Source of the DNA: Cyanobacteria bacterium J06626_4 | GTDB lineage: Bacteria > Cyanobacteriota > Cyanobacteriia > Phormidesmidales > Phormidesmidaceae | Reading direction: 5' to 3' | Assembly (NCBI GenBank): GCA_038523235.1 | Contig: JBCBJQ010000040.1 | Span: 1-48,430, forward strand | Length of the DNA: 48,430 bases | In this document: positions 39,912 to 48,430 of the stretch, piece by piece | How positions within the stretch are numbered: the first letter of the stretch is position 1 | How the letters are laid out: each line of letters opens with the position of its first letter | Translations under genes and position numbers: made by a program | The notes under the pieces: model-generated | The model's database searches: none | Told to the model about the DNA's origin: nothing | What the model saw: only the letters and a program-made list of their open reading frames with translations

Positions 39912-40631
39912 TTAGCCCGAATAGGTCAGGGCGCGGAAAGCAAACTGCGGTAGAGCCAGCATGCGCCGCCAGCGCCAGGGTTCTTGATACAGGCGATAGA
40001 GCCATTCCAAATGGTTGTTGCAAAACCAGGCGGGGGCGCGCTCTTTGGTGCCCGCCCAAATATCAAAGCTGCCACCAACCCCGATCCAGATCGCGTGGGG
40101 ACAAAGCGATCGCCGCTCAGCAATCCAAAATTCTTGACGAGGAACGCCCAGCGCCACCAAAATGACGGCAGGCTGTAGCTTTTGCAGGCGGTTTTCCAGA
40201 GCAGGCAGCTCTTGTGTGGAAAAATAACCGTTTTGAATACCGGCGATCGCGAGATCAGGTTTCTTCGCTTGCCAATTTTGTGCCGCCTGATCAGCCGTGC
40301 CCGGTGCCGCCCCCAGGAAAAAAACCGGCTGGTCGGGCTGGAGTTTTTGCAGCAGCGCCTCGGCCAGTTCAATTCCTGGACAGCGCTCCACCCGTTTGCC
40401 CTTGACGCGAAAGTAAAGCACAATCCCCGCACCATCAGGAATTGCGAGATCGGCTTGCTGAAGGACGGCTTTGAGGGGCGGATTTTGATCAGCTTGCATC
40501 GCCATTTCAGCATTCAGAGTCACCACATGGGTGCCTAACCCCTGCTGATAGCGTAGGAGCAGCCAATCGTCGTAATGATTACCGGCATGGAGAGGTAACC
40601 CCATGACCGATAGTGTTTGCAGCTCACCCAT
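39912..40631 (-). CDS. WecB/TagA/CpsF-family glycosyltransferase
   Basis: VVTLNAE, IPDGAG, LGVPRQEFW, GVGGSFD..AG..RAP and LEWLYRL..EP.RWRR. Start at ATG 40631. Confidence 0.93.
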   Translation of the reverse strand: MGELQTLSVMGLPLHAGNHYDDWLLLRYQQGLGTHVVTLNAEMAMQADQNPPLKAVLQQADLAIPDGAGIVLYFRVKGKRVERCPGIELAEALLQKLQPDQPVFFLGAAPGTADQAAQNWQAKKPDLAIAGIQNGYFSTQELPALENRLQKLQPAVILVALGVPRQEFWIAERRSLCPHAIWIGVGGSFDIWAGTKERAPAWFCNNHLEWLYRLYQEPWRWRRMLALPQFAFRALTYSG

Positions 40632-41028
40632 GGCTTGGTACGGCAGTTGTGTTCTTAGACACACGGTTATCCTCTGGTCAGAGTCTGGCCAGCGCGCCAC
40701 TAGAGCGAGCCCACCTGACTTTTGACCACTGCGAATGCATTGTACAGCACAAGCATAAACCCAGTTACTCACACCCTGTGGAAAAAGGGTGCAAGCATAG
40801 CGGTTACAGTAGATGGAGGAGCTGCCTTAGCGCGATCGCGATAACCGCAGGCCCATGTAATTAGCGGCTTAAGCAACGGCCTCAGTCACTAGGACGGCTC
40901 CATGGCGGTTTCTGGGCAAGAATCATACCTGCACTTCAAAGGCAGATTGAGCGCGACCCTCTAAATTTACCGCCCTCAGAATATCGGCAAAACCCGCCTC
41001 TTCAGGTACTACCCTGGCTATACATCGC

Positions 41029-41985
41029 CTAATAGTCCAGCTCTTCTTCGTATTCGGTCACTTTCTTTTTCTGAGGGATGTTCACCGGCGGTGCTTTGTA
41101 GGGCTCGGGCTCGTCGTCGGTCCAGATGTCTTCCGTAACCTCTTTGATATCGGCGTTGTAATCGACCGGCTCGGGATTCGTCGATTGGGTCGGCCAGTTA
41201 TCTTCTTCTTCCAACGGCGCTTCACGGTAAGCCATCTCTGCCTGACGCTGGGGCATCGGTTCAGCCGAAATCGGCTCCGGTTCACCCCAATCATCATCAG
41301 TCCACCGCTCTTGCACGATAGGCGGGCGCTCCTGCAAGGGCTGCACCGGCTGCTGCATGCCGGAGGGTAGCTGATTCGCCGTTGACACCGGCATAATGTA
41401 TTCGCTTTCGTCATCGCGTTCCCACGGGGCGCGGCCAATGCCTAGGCGTTCTAACAAACCGACACTGAGCTGCACGAGTTTTTCCTCAGCGCCTTCAAAG
41501 ACGATCAGGCGTTCGGGGCCGCTGCTAACAATTTCATCGACGGGCAGCTCATAGGTGCTGATCACCTGATCCGGAATTTTGGGTAAACCAAACGACGCGA
41601 TGACGATGGACTCTAACTTACCTGTCGTCACATCAAACTTCAGATCGCGCAGCCGCCCCAGCATCTCACCCGATTCGGTAATCACCTCAGAGCTGATCAT
41701 GGTGCTGTAGGGAGCCAAATTGAGATCGTCTTCAATGACGTCATCATCGTCCACCAGAATGACATCGCCCACCTGACGAATGCTACTGAGCTGCATTGTG
41801 TGCTCAGTGCCTGACATCACACCGGGTAAAAGCTGCTCGCGTAACCCGAGGGCAACGACTTCGCCGCGATCAACATCGACCCATAGCTGGCTCACAAACC
41901 CCAAGCTTTTCCCGGTGGTGCGGGTCACGACCTGCGTGCCTAAAAAGTCAGAGCGTTGACGAAACTGATCATAGGATGGGGTCAT
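41029..41985 (-). CDS. PRC-barrel domain protein with acidic C-terminal tail
   Basis: GTQVVTRTTGKSLG and EVITESGEMLG tandem PRC barrels; typical neighbour of cyanobacterial smc. Confidence 0.88.
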   Translation of the reverse strand: MTPSYDQFRQRSDFLGTQVVTRTTGKSLGFVSQLWVDVDRGEVVALGLREQLLPGVMSGTEHTMQLSSIRQVGDVILVDDDDVIEDDLNLAPYSTMISSEVITESGEMLGRLRDLKFDVTTGKLESIVIASFGLPKIPDQVISTYELPVDEIVSSGPERLIVFEGAEEKLVQLSVGLLERLGIGRAPWERDDESEYIMPVSTANQLPSGMQQPVQPLQERPPIVQERWTDDDWGEPEPISAEPMPQRQAEMAYREAPLEEEDNWPTQSTNPEPVDYNADIKEVTEDIWTDDEPEPYKAPPVNIPQKKKVTEYEEELDY

Positions 41986-42075
41986 AGCCGGAGCCTGGTG
42001 GGAACGTGAAATCAGCAAGTGAACCGCAGTTCAATTAAAGAATGATTCTACAGGAGGACTCTGATCTTAACAGAT

Positions 42076-45000
42076 CTACATGGACGCACTTTGGGCTTCT
42101 AGATTGATCCCAAGCACCTGAGTATACGCTCCCCGCGCTTGCGTCACCCCAATTGTCCGTTGGGCGGCCTCAATCATGGGGCGACGCAGGCTGACCACAA
42201 TAAACTGGGCCTGCTGAGCCTGCTGCTTAATCATTTTAGAGAGTCGCTCAACATTCGCGCCGTCTAAAAACATATCGACTTCATCAAAGGCGTAAAACGG
42301 TGATGGCCGATAGCGCTGCAGGGCAAAGATAAAACTCAAGGCGGTCAGCGATTTTTCGCCCCCTGACATCGAAGCTAAGCGCCGCACCGGCTTACCTTTG
42401 GGATGGGCCACCAAATTAAGGCCCCCATTGAAGGGATTTTGCGGATCATCCAGTTGTAGATAGCCATCACCATCAGAAAGCTGAGCGAAAATGTCGCTGA
42501 AGTTGGTATTAACGGCATCAAAAGCCTCTTGAAAGGCACGCTGACGCAGCGTCGTGAAGTTCTCAATCCGCAATAACAGCTCAGTACGTTCTTCCTGGAG
42601 CGTCGTCAGTTTATTAGACAGCTCCTCTAAACGGGCTTGGGTCTGATTGTATTCTTCTAAGGCCAGCATGTTGACCGGCTCTAGGGCCTCTAAGCGGCGC
42701 TGCAGCGACCGAATTTGTTTTTGCACCGCTTCCAAATCCATCTCTTCAGGAATTGTAGGCAGCGGCATGGGCAATTCAGCGGCCTGAGTCGTCAGTTCAG
42801 CTTCGCAGACAGCCAGCTGCTGCTGGCGCTCTTTGCGAGTTTCAACGCGTTTTTCTCGCTGCCAATCGAGCTGCTGTTTTTGCGTTTGCTGGTCGCGAAA
42901 CTGCGCTTCGGCGCGATCGCGATTGCCCTTCTCAGAGGCTAGCGTGACATCCAGAGCACTGAGCTGTTGGCGAGTTTGCTGCATCGCCGTCGTCAGGTTG
43001 GCCTGTTGCCCTGCCAGCCCTTGGCGTTGCTGTTCTTGCTGCGTTTGCTGCTGCTGGTAGTCCACCAGTTGCAACTGCTGTTGCTGAATGGCAAGCTGCA
43101 CCCGCTCCTGCTGTGATTGAAAATCACGCAGGCGCTTTTCAGCCGCCTGGAGCAGGGCCTGACGCTCACTGAGCTGCTGCTCTAGCTGCTGCACAGCAGC
43201 CTGGGCCTGCTGCCATTCACTATGGGTCTGCGATTGCTCTAAATCGGCTAACGCGGCTCGCTGCGCCTGCAGGTCAGCTTCTTGCGCCGGTAGCTGCTCA
43301 GCCAGCTCGACAAGGCGGTTTTGGGCAGTGGTGAGTTCTTGCTGATACTGGGCCAGTCGCGTTTCGTTTTGAGCGCGCTGCTGCTGGAGCTGACGCAGTT
43401 GTTTCTGCACCTGTTCGGTCTGCAGCTGCTGTTCGCGATGCTGCTGTCGCGCTTCCAAAAACGCATCGGAGGCGGCTTTGACGGCGACGGTACCAGCAGC
43501 GATACGCTGTTCACAGCGAGCGAGGATTTGCTCAACTTCGCCGAGGCGCTGGCGCAGCGCGATCGCCTCTTCCGACTCGCCCGCCTCCACGGTGCCAAAA
43601 TGCAGCCGTCCGCGCTGCTTGCTGAGGCTGCCACCAGTCATGGCACCGCTGGTTTCCAGCAGTTCTCCATCGAGCGTCACCATGCGCTGCTGCCCGATAT
43701 GCCCCCGTGCCGCTTGCAGCGTTTCAAATACCGCGGTGCTGCCAAACACAAACTCAAACACCTGGCGATAGCGATCATCGCAGTCGATCAGGTCAACGGC
43801 ATAGTCCGCCAGTCCATCCGGCCGCTTCCAATCGGGAATGCGGTTAATTCTCGGCACCCGGATGGCATTCAACGGCAAAAACGTGGCACGGCCGGCACGG
43901 CGCTGCTTCAGTAGAGCAATGCCTTGAGACGCCACCTGATCGTTTTCAACCACCAGGTAACCCAGTCTGCCCCCAGCCGCAATTTCTAAAGCGAGTTGAA
44001 ACCGGGGATCAACCCGACCTAACTGCGCCACTAAGCCACAAATGCCCGGTAAGCCACTATCCATCAAGATTTGCGTGGCATGAGTCCCCTGACTTTCTTG
44101 CATCGCCTGAGCTTGGGCTTCCAGCTTGTCGAGCTGGCGCTGCTTGTCACGCTGTTCTTGCAACAGGCGCTGCTGGGTTTCACGCTGCACCTTTAGCTCT
44201 TGTTCAGCATTGGCCAAGGCTTGAGCCAGCCGCTGTACCTGCGCTTCAGAACCGGGCGGCTCATCACCGGATGAAGTGGCAGGCGCTGCTGACTCGATCT
44301 GTTGCGCCAAGTCACGTGCCTGCTCAGTCAGTTCGGCAATTTGCTGGGTAAGCTGACTCACCCGCTCTTGCAGGCGCACCTGCTCCGATCGCTGCGGTTC
44401 CAACGTATTCAACAGGGCTTCGATCTGCCGTCGTCGCTGGGTCTGCTCTTCAACCCAAGCTTGCGAGGCACTGGCGATCGCGCTGGTGGCTTCGCGCTTG
44501 GCGACCAGTGCTGCTTGCGCCGCCGTTTGTCGCTCGGTCAGGGTCACCAGCTCACCCTGCTGCAAGATTTGCAGTTCTTCCGCTAGGCGAGCCTGGGTTT
44601 GCTGATGAGTCTGCAAATCGATTTGGCCCTGCCGTAAATTCGCTGCCGTGGCTTGACTGGCGCTGACCAAACCTTGCTGCTGACGCTGCAGCTGCCGTAG
44701 CTCGGCCTCTTGGGTGGCCAGTTGCGACTGCAGCGCTAGGTGCTCATCTTCCCCCAGAGCTTTGACACGCAAGTTCAGCGCATCCAGTTCTTGGGCCGTA
44801 GCCTGCAGCGTCGCTTCTAGCTGCTGCAGCTGCTCGCTGGACTGCTGAATCGCCTCGCCATCTTGCTGAATCTGCCGCTGCAGCGTGGCCACCCGCTGTT
44901 GTTGCTGTTGCCAGGTCAACACCGCCGCCCATTCGTGGCGCACCTGCAACTCGCCCTTAAGGCGCTGATATTTCTCCGCTTTGAGACGATCCTGCGCGAG

Positions 45001-45771
45001 GCGATCGCGCTGCCCAATCAGCTCACGCTCCACCACGCGAAACCGCTCTTCGCGCTCGCGCACGACTTCGAGCTTCTCTAGCGCCTGGTTAATTTTGCGA
45101 TCAAACGACGCGACGCCCGCCAGTTCATCAATGATCTCCCGCCGCTCACGCGAATTCATCGAAATGATGCTAGTGACGTCGCCCTGCAGGACCACGTTGT
45201 AGCCTTCGGGATAGACATGAAATCGCTGCAGCTGCTCGTGCAACTCAGTCAACGTGCAGGGTTCACTGTTGATGTAGTAGTTAGACGTGTAGGTGCCCTG
45301 ATTGGTCACCCGCAGCCGCCGCGTCACCACCCACTCGCGGGATGGAGTTGGCAATGGCACAACTTTGTTATCAGTCACGGTTGCCGGGTCCGACGTCTCA
45401 ACCGGTCGTTCGGCTTCCGCTTCATCAGCCGCCATTGCCTCCACGTCAACTGTATTGACGGGTGCTTCTTCAGGCTGGTTACGATCAATCAGCAGCTCGG
45501 GAGCCACGTCACTGATATCAAAGGTAACGGTCACTAAAGCTTCCGCCGTATTGCGCCGTCCAATGTGAGTCTGATTCACCAAATCGGGCAGGCGATCGGC
45601 CCGCATGCCGCGCGAGCTGGCCAAACCCAGCGCAAACAACAGCGCGTCTAAAATGTTCGATTTACCCGAGCCATTCGGCCCCGAAATCACCGTAAACCCC
45701 GGCAATAGCGGTACGGCAGTCGTGCCACCAAACGACTTGAAATGAGAAAGTTCTACACGCTTAATATGCAC
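42076..45771 (-). CDS. smc: Chromosome segregation protein SMC
   Basis: FKSF..GPNGSGKSN, hinge GRATFLPL / GAMTGG, MSGGEKSL and FDEVDMFLD; long coiled coils. Confidence 0.98.
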   Translation of the reverse strand: MHIKRVELSHFKSFGGTTAVPLLPGFTVISGPNGSGKSNILDALLFALGLASSRGMRADRLPDLVNQTHIGRRNTAEALVTVTFDISDVAPELLIDRNQPEEAPVNTVDVEAMAADEAEAERPVETSDPATVTDNKVVPLPTPSREWVVTRRLRVTNQGTYTSNYYINSEPCTLTELHEQLQRFHVYPEGYNVVLQGDVTSIISMNSRERREIIDELAGVASFDRKINQALEKLEVVREREERFRVVERELIGQRDRLAQDRLKAEKYQRLKGELQVRHEWAAVLTWQQQQQRVATLQRQIQQDGEAIQQSSEQLQQLEATLQATAQELDALNLRVKALGEDEHLALQSQLATQEAELRQLQRQQQGLVSASQATAANLRQGQIDLQTHQQTQARLAEELQILQQGELVTLTERQTAAQAALVAKREATSAIASASQAWVEEQTQRRRQIEALLNTLEPQRSEQVRLQERVSQLTQQIAELTEQARDLAQQIESAAPATSSGDEPPGSEAQVQRLAQALANAEQELKVQRETQQRLLQEQRDKQRQLDKLEAQAQAMQESQGTHATQILMDSGLPGICGLVAQLGRVDPRFQLALEIAAGGRLGYLVVENDQVASQGIALLKQRRAGRATFLPLNAIRVPRINRIPDWKRPDGLADYAVDLIDCDDRYRQVFEFVFGSTAVFETLQAARGHIGQQRMVTLDGELLETSGAMTGGSLSKQRGRLHFGTVEAGESEEAIALRQRLGEVEQILARCEQRIAAGTVAVKAASDAFLEARQQHREQQLQTEQVQKQLRQLQQQRAQNETRLAQYQQELTTAQNRLVELAEQLPAQEADLQAQRAALADLEQSQTHSEWQQAQAAVQQLEQQLSERQALLQAAEKRLRDFQSQQERVQLAIQQQQLQLVDYQQQQTQQEQQRQGLAGQQANLTTAMQQTRQQLSALDVTLASEKGNRDRAEAQFRDQQTQKQQLDWQREKRVETRKERQQQLAVCEAELTTQAAELPMPLPTIPEEMDLEAVQKQIRSLQRRLEALEPVNMLALEEYNQTQARLEELSNKLTTLQEERTELLLRIENFTTLRQRAFQEAFDAVNTNFSDIFAQLSDGDGYLQLDDPQNPFNGGLNLVAHPKGKPVRRLASMSGGEKSLTALSFIFALQRYRPSPFYAFDEVDMFLDGANVERLSKMIKQQAQQAQFIVVSLRRPMIEAAQRTIGVTQARGAYTQVLGINLEAQSASM

Positions 45772-46226
45772 TGGCCAGAGCTTGAGCGATTAAAACAAAT
45801 GTACTTAATTAACAAAGAGATGGCAAGGTATTGAGAGATGAACCAGAACGGCTAGATATCGCGGGGCGATCGCGCCCCTTGGTTCCACTCAAGTTGAGGG
45901 CAAAGAATTAGACTCCAATAAGTGACACCGCTGAAAATTCTTAAACACTGTATCAAGTGCCGTTCACTAAAAATCTAGAATTTCAACCCTACATCTAGAG
46001 ATTTTTCTGTGGATGCGCTGACCTCTGAGACCGTGACGCCTAAGTTTACTGGCACCGCAGCCGAAATGCCAGTATTTGCTCATATTCTGTCTTAAAGCTC
46101 GATTACCCACGCCTCCTCGCCCCTCTAAATTTTGCTCCCCACCCTGCTCACTCCCCTGGATGTTCTGACAGCCACCTCCCTCGCACTCGCTCTAAAATAT
46201 GAGCAAATGCTGAAGGAAACAGCGCG

Positions 46227-46853
46227 ATGGTTCTCTTGAACGATTGGTCTGAGCGATTAGCCCTTCAAGAATCTGAAGAGCGGCGCATCTTCAACCCAAT
46301 TGCTTGGGCGCAATACGAGGCCTTAGTGACTGACTTGGGAGACAAGTCACCCTATCGGGTGCATTTTTTAGCTGGGGTGTTAGAAATCCTGTCTCCTAGC
46401 CGTAATCATGAGAGTGGCAAAACGCGAATCGGAACGCTCCTTGAAATTTATTTTGTCGAAACCGAGACCGAGTACTTCCCCATGGGTTCCACAACGCTGA
46501 AACGGCCTGAACAAGGCGCTGGTAGTGAACCCGATGAAAGTTATTGCATCGGTACGGACAAAAACTTTCCTGATCTGGCGATCGAGGTGATTGTAACGAG
46601 CGGCAGCATCAACCGTCTGGAACTTTATCGTCGCTTGGGAGTACAAGAAGTGTGGTTTTGGCAGGGCGATCGCCTCTCGCTTTACCACCAACGCCCAACA
46701 TCGCCACCATTTGCCGAAACCGCTGGCTACGAACCCATCCTCCAAAGCGAACTGCTGCCAGATTTAGACATCGACCTGCTGACCCGCTGCCTGCAAAACC
46801 CCAGTCCGCTAGCAGCTGCCAAAGCGTTTCGCCAGGGATTACAAAACAGCTAA
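46227..46853 (+). CDS. Uma2 (DUF820) family endonuclease
   Basis: GVLEILSPS..HE, EPDESYCIG, PDLAIEV and LGVQEVWFW. Confidence 0.92.
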   Translation: MVLLNDWSERLALQESEERRIFNPIAWAQYEALVTDLGDKSPYRVHFLAGVLEILSPSRNHESGKTRIGTLLEIYFVETETEYFPMGSTTLKRPEQGAGSEPDESYCIGTDKNFPDLAIEVIVTSGSINRLELYRRLGVQEVWFWQGDRLSLYHQRPTSPPFAETAGYEPILQSELLPDLDIDLLTRCLQNPSPLAAAKAFRQGLQNS

Positions 46854-46899
46854 ACATAATGAACTTCTCTGCTACGTTATGAGCCCTGATCGGCGGCCC

Positions 46900-47229
46900 T
46901 CATGCAGCAAACATCTCAGCCAAAGTTGTCAGCAGGGCTCTTTGCTCATCGGGACTAATCTCACCCAGCTTTTTAACCAACCGAGCTTTATCGATTGTGC
47001 GAATTTAATCTAGAACAACCTGTCCTTCTTTGCCCTGAAACTGACAAAGAATACGAGTTGAGTATTTCTTTCCTTTGGTCGTCATGGGAGCAATGATGAC
47101 GGTGGCAATATAACGGTTCATCTCATCCGGTGAAATGACCACACAGGGCCATGTTTTCTGAATTTCACTACCGATAGTTGGGTCAAGATTGACCAGAAAA
47201 ACATCAAAACGCTTGACTACCAATCCCAT
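46900..47229 (-). pseudogene. MazF/PemK toxin with a premature stop
   Basis: VNLDPTIGSEIQKTWPCVVISP...VVLD*IRTIDKARLVKKLG...EMFAA*. TAA at 47005-47007 sits where Q is expected (DQIRT). Confidence 0.9.
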
Positions 47230-47477
47230 GCAGCGTGATCCCAATCGGTAGAGATGACGTCATCCAGCAACGCATCATCATGTTGCTCAGCCATTGCCGC
47301 GAAAGCCTCATCCCACCCGGCGCGTAAGCATGACGCGGTACGAATCGTTAGGTGATCACCTTGGACTTCGATTTCGACGTCTGTATGAATGCCGCTTTGC
47401 TCCAACAAGAGTTTAGGAATAGGAACCCATTGAGAGTTACCAATTTTGACAATTCGGGTTCTAATTGCTGCGCCCAT
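47217..47477 (-). CDS. AbrB/MazE-family antitoxin, possibly degenerate
   Basis: IVKIGNSQWVPIPKLLL (canonical GNSxGxRIPK) and RAGWDEAF; overlaps the toxin start. Confidence 0.85.
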   Translation of the reverse strand: MGAAIRTRIVKIGNSQWVPIPKLLLEQSGIHTDVEIEVQGDHLTIRTASCLRAGWDEAFAAMAEQHDDALLDDVISTDWDHAAWDW

Positions 47478-47502
47478 CGCTAAATAAATCCAAAACCAAA
47501 AT

Positions 47503-47521
47503 GTAATTACGTCGTAGTTAC
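47503..47521. promoter_or_regulatory. Putative mazEF operator
   Basis: gtaattac-gtc-gtagttac: two 8-bp (near-)palindromes 11 bp apart, just upstream of the antitoxin start. Confidence 0.5.
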
Positions 47522-47585
47522 TGGTCAAGCAATCGTCCAACGACAAGAAACCAGATCTTGTGGCTTCTCAACGTTGCCGATCAGA

Positions 47586-47712
47586 GATCGCCTGTCCCTC
47601 TACTCACCAACACCCAGCAGCATCACAGTTTGCCGAAACCATTGGTATGAGCCCATCATCCACAGTGAACTGCTGCCAAAGCCTTTCGCCAGGGCTTGCA
47701 ACACGGCTAAAC
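47586..47712 (+). pseudogene. Degraded copy of a Uma2 gene 3' end
   Basis: Aligns to 46668-46855 (gatcgcct...tttgccgaaacc...gaactgctgcca...tttcgccaggg...gctaaac) with small indels and a 61-bp deletion. Confidence 0.8.
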
Positions 47713-47897
47713 CACACTACGGAGGCAGACTTATTACTGTGCGCGCCTACGACCACTCTAAAGTCTCCAAACGCTGTGAGTGAGGAGATTGAGACGATGG
47801 GTATGCTGAAGCTACGGGAAATACTACCTGCGGATACACGTAACCTAATGAGAAGACACTGTATCCAAACACGTCAACCATCTCAGTAGGCTTTGTT

Positions 47898-48430
47898 GTG
47901 ACTAACGCTGCCGTCAATCATCACACGATAGCTTTGCAGTTGTCTAACCCTGATGAGATCGCCACTACTCTATGTTCTATACTCATCGATCTCCAGACAG
48001 AGCATCCCGAATGGATTCATGCCCGCTTTCGCAACATCTCATTTGCCGACAAGCGGACAAATATTGTCAAGAAGCTCTCCAGCATTCTTCAAACCTGTTC
48101 AGACAAAAGACATCTGATTGATAAAGTCGTCAATTTTTTGGAACAGCTTCTAGACCCTGCCGTTGCTGACACACCGTTCTATGCAAAGGTTGCGCGCTTG
48201 ATTCTCTCAGAAGCGTCATCAACCAATGTTCCGATTCATCAAAATACAGCTCTAGAACCATCGTCAATTTCCGCTCTACCAAGACAGAGTTCACCGTTCC
48301 CAGCATTTAGCGCAAAAAAGATTGCGATTCTCTTACTAGATGCAGAGAATATTGATCTGAATGAAGAAGCTGAGACATGGTTAGACACCTGCTGCGACCT
48401 TCCTCTTTCTTTAAAGTTTGCCTTTGGTAA
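47898..48430 (+). CDS. NYN (PIN-like) domain protein, partial; runs off the window and is missing from the ORF track
   Basis: Open frame from GTG 47898 to the window end, finishing IAILLLDAENIDLNEEAETWLD...LKFAFG, which matches the NYN N-terminal DxEN motif. Confidence 0.75.
   Translation, partial: MTNAAVNHHTIALQLSNPDEIATTLCSILIDLQTEHPEWIHARFRNISFADKRTNIVKKLSSILQTCSDKRHLIDKVVNFLEQLLDPAVADTPFYAKVARLILSEASSTNVPIHQNTALEPSSISALPRQSSPFPAFSAKKIAILLLDAENIDLNEEAETWLDTCCDLPLSLKFAFG

Noticed and set aside
45335..45520. ~55-aa acidic insertion in the SMC head domain
   Set aside because: Variable low-complexity insertions at this position are, to my knowledge, common in cyanobacterial SMC. No intein motifs.
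42375..45568. Many antisense or alternate-frame ORFs within smc, and likewise within purL, pnp and dnaX
   Set aside because: Shadow ORFs expected in GC-rich coding DNA, with no independent support.
1..48430. Very frequent GCGATCGC octamers
   Set aside because: This is HIP1, a known genome-wide cyanobacterial feature. Used only as a taxonomic and HGT clue.

Overview
Cyanobacterial chromosomal segment, judged by apcD, homogentisate phytyltransferase, the cyanobacterial-type Mrp operon and very frequent HIP1 octamers (GCGATCGC). Most of it is ordinary housekeeping sequence: rnhA, dnaX, an Mrp/Mnh Na+/H+ antiporter operon, purL, apcD, pnp, smc, a WecB/TagA glycosyltransferase and an epimerase. 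Small accessory modules are interleaved: an MNT-HEPN toxin-antitoxin pair, a two-component system with a Spy/CpxP-like protein and a MacAB-type exporter, a LysR-SDR pair, Uma2 nucleases, a decayed MazEF pair and a NYN-domain gene that runs off the right end. I found no rRNA, tRNA, CRISPR array or transposase. The most unexplained structure is non-coding: (1) a three-member repeat family with conserved ~31-bp inverted arms around interchangeable REP-like hairpin cores; (2) a 175-bp MITE with 15-bp terminal inverted repeats and an exact 8-bp target-site duplication, which shares one of those cores; (3) two gene cassettes each bracketed by diverged direct repeats; (4) a set of TAGG..CCTA operator-like palindromes; (5) a candidate sRNA next to purL. 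RNase HI also carries an unusual N-terminal domain resembling a DUF2281 antitoxin. Pseudogenes seen: a 5'-truncated ktrB, a Uma2 with a nonsense codon, a mazF with a nonsense codon, and a Uma2 3' remnant. All calls come from reading the sequence and from memory of the families; no searches were run.
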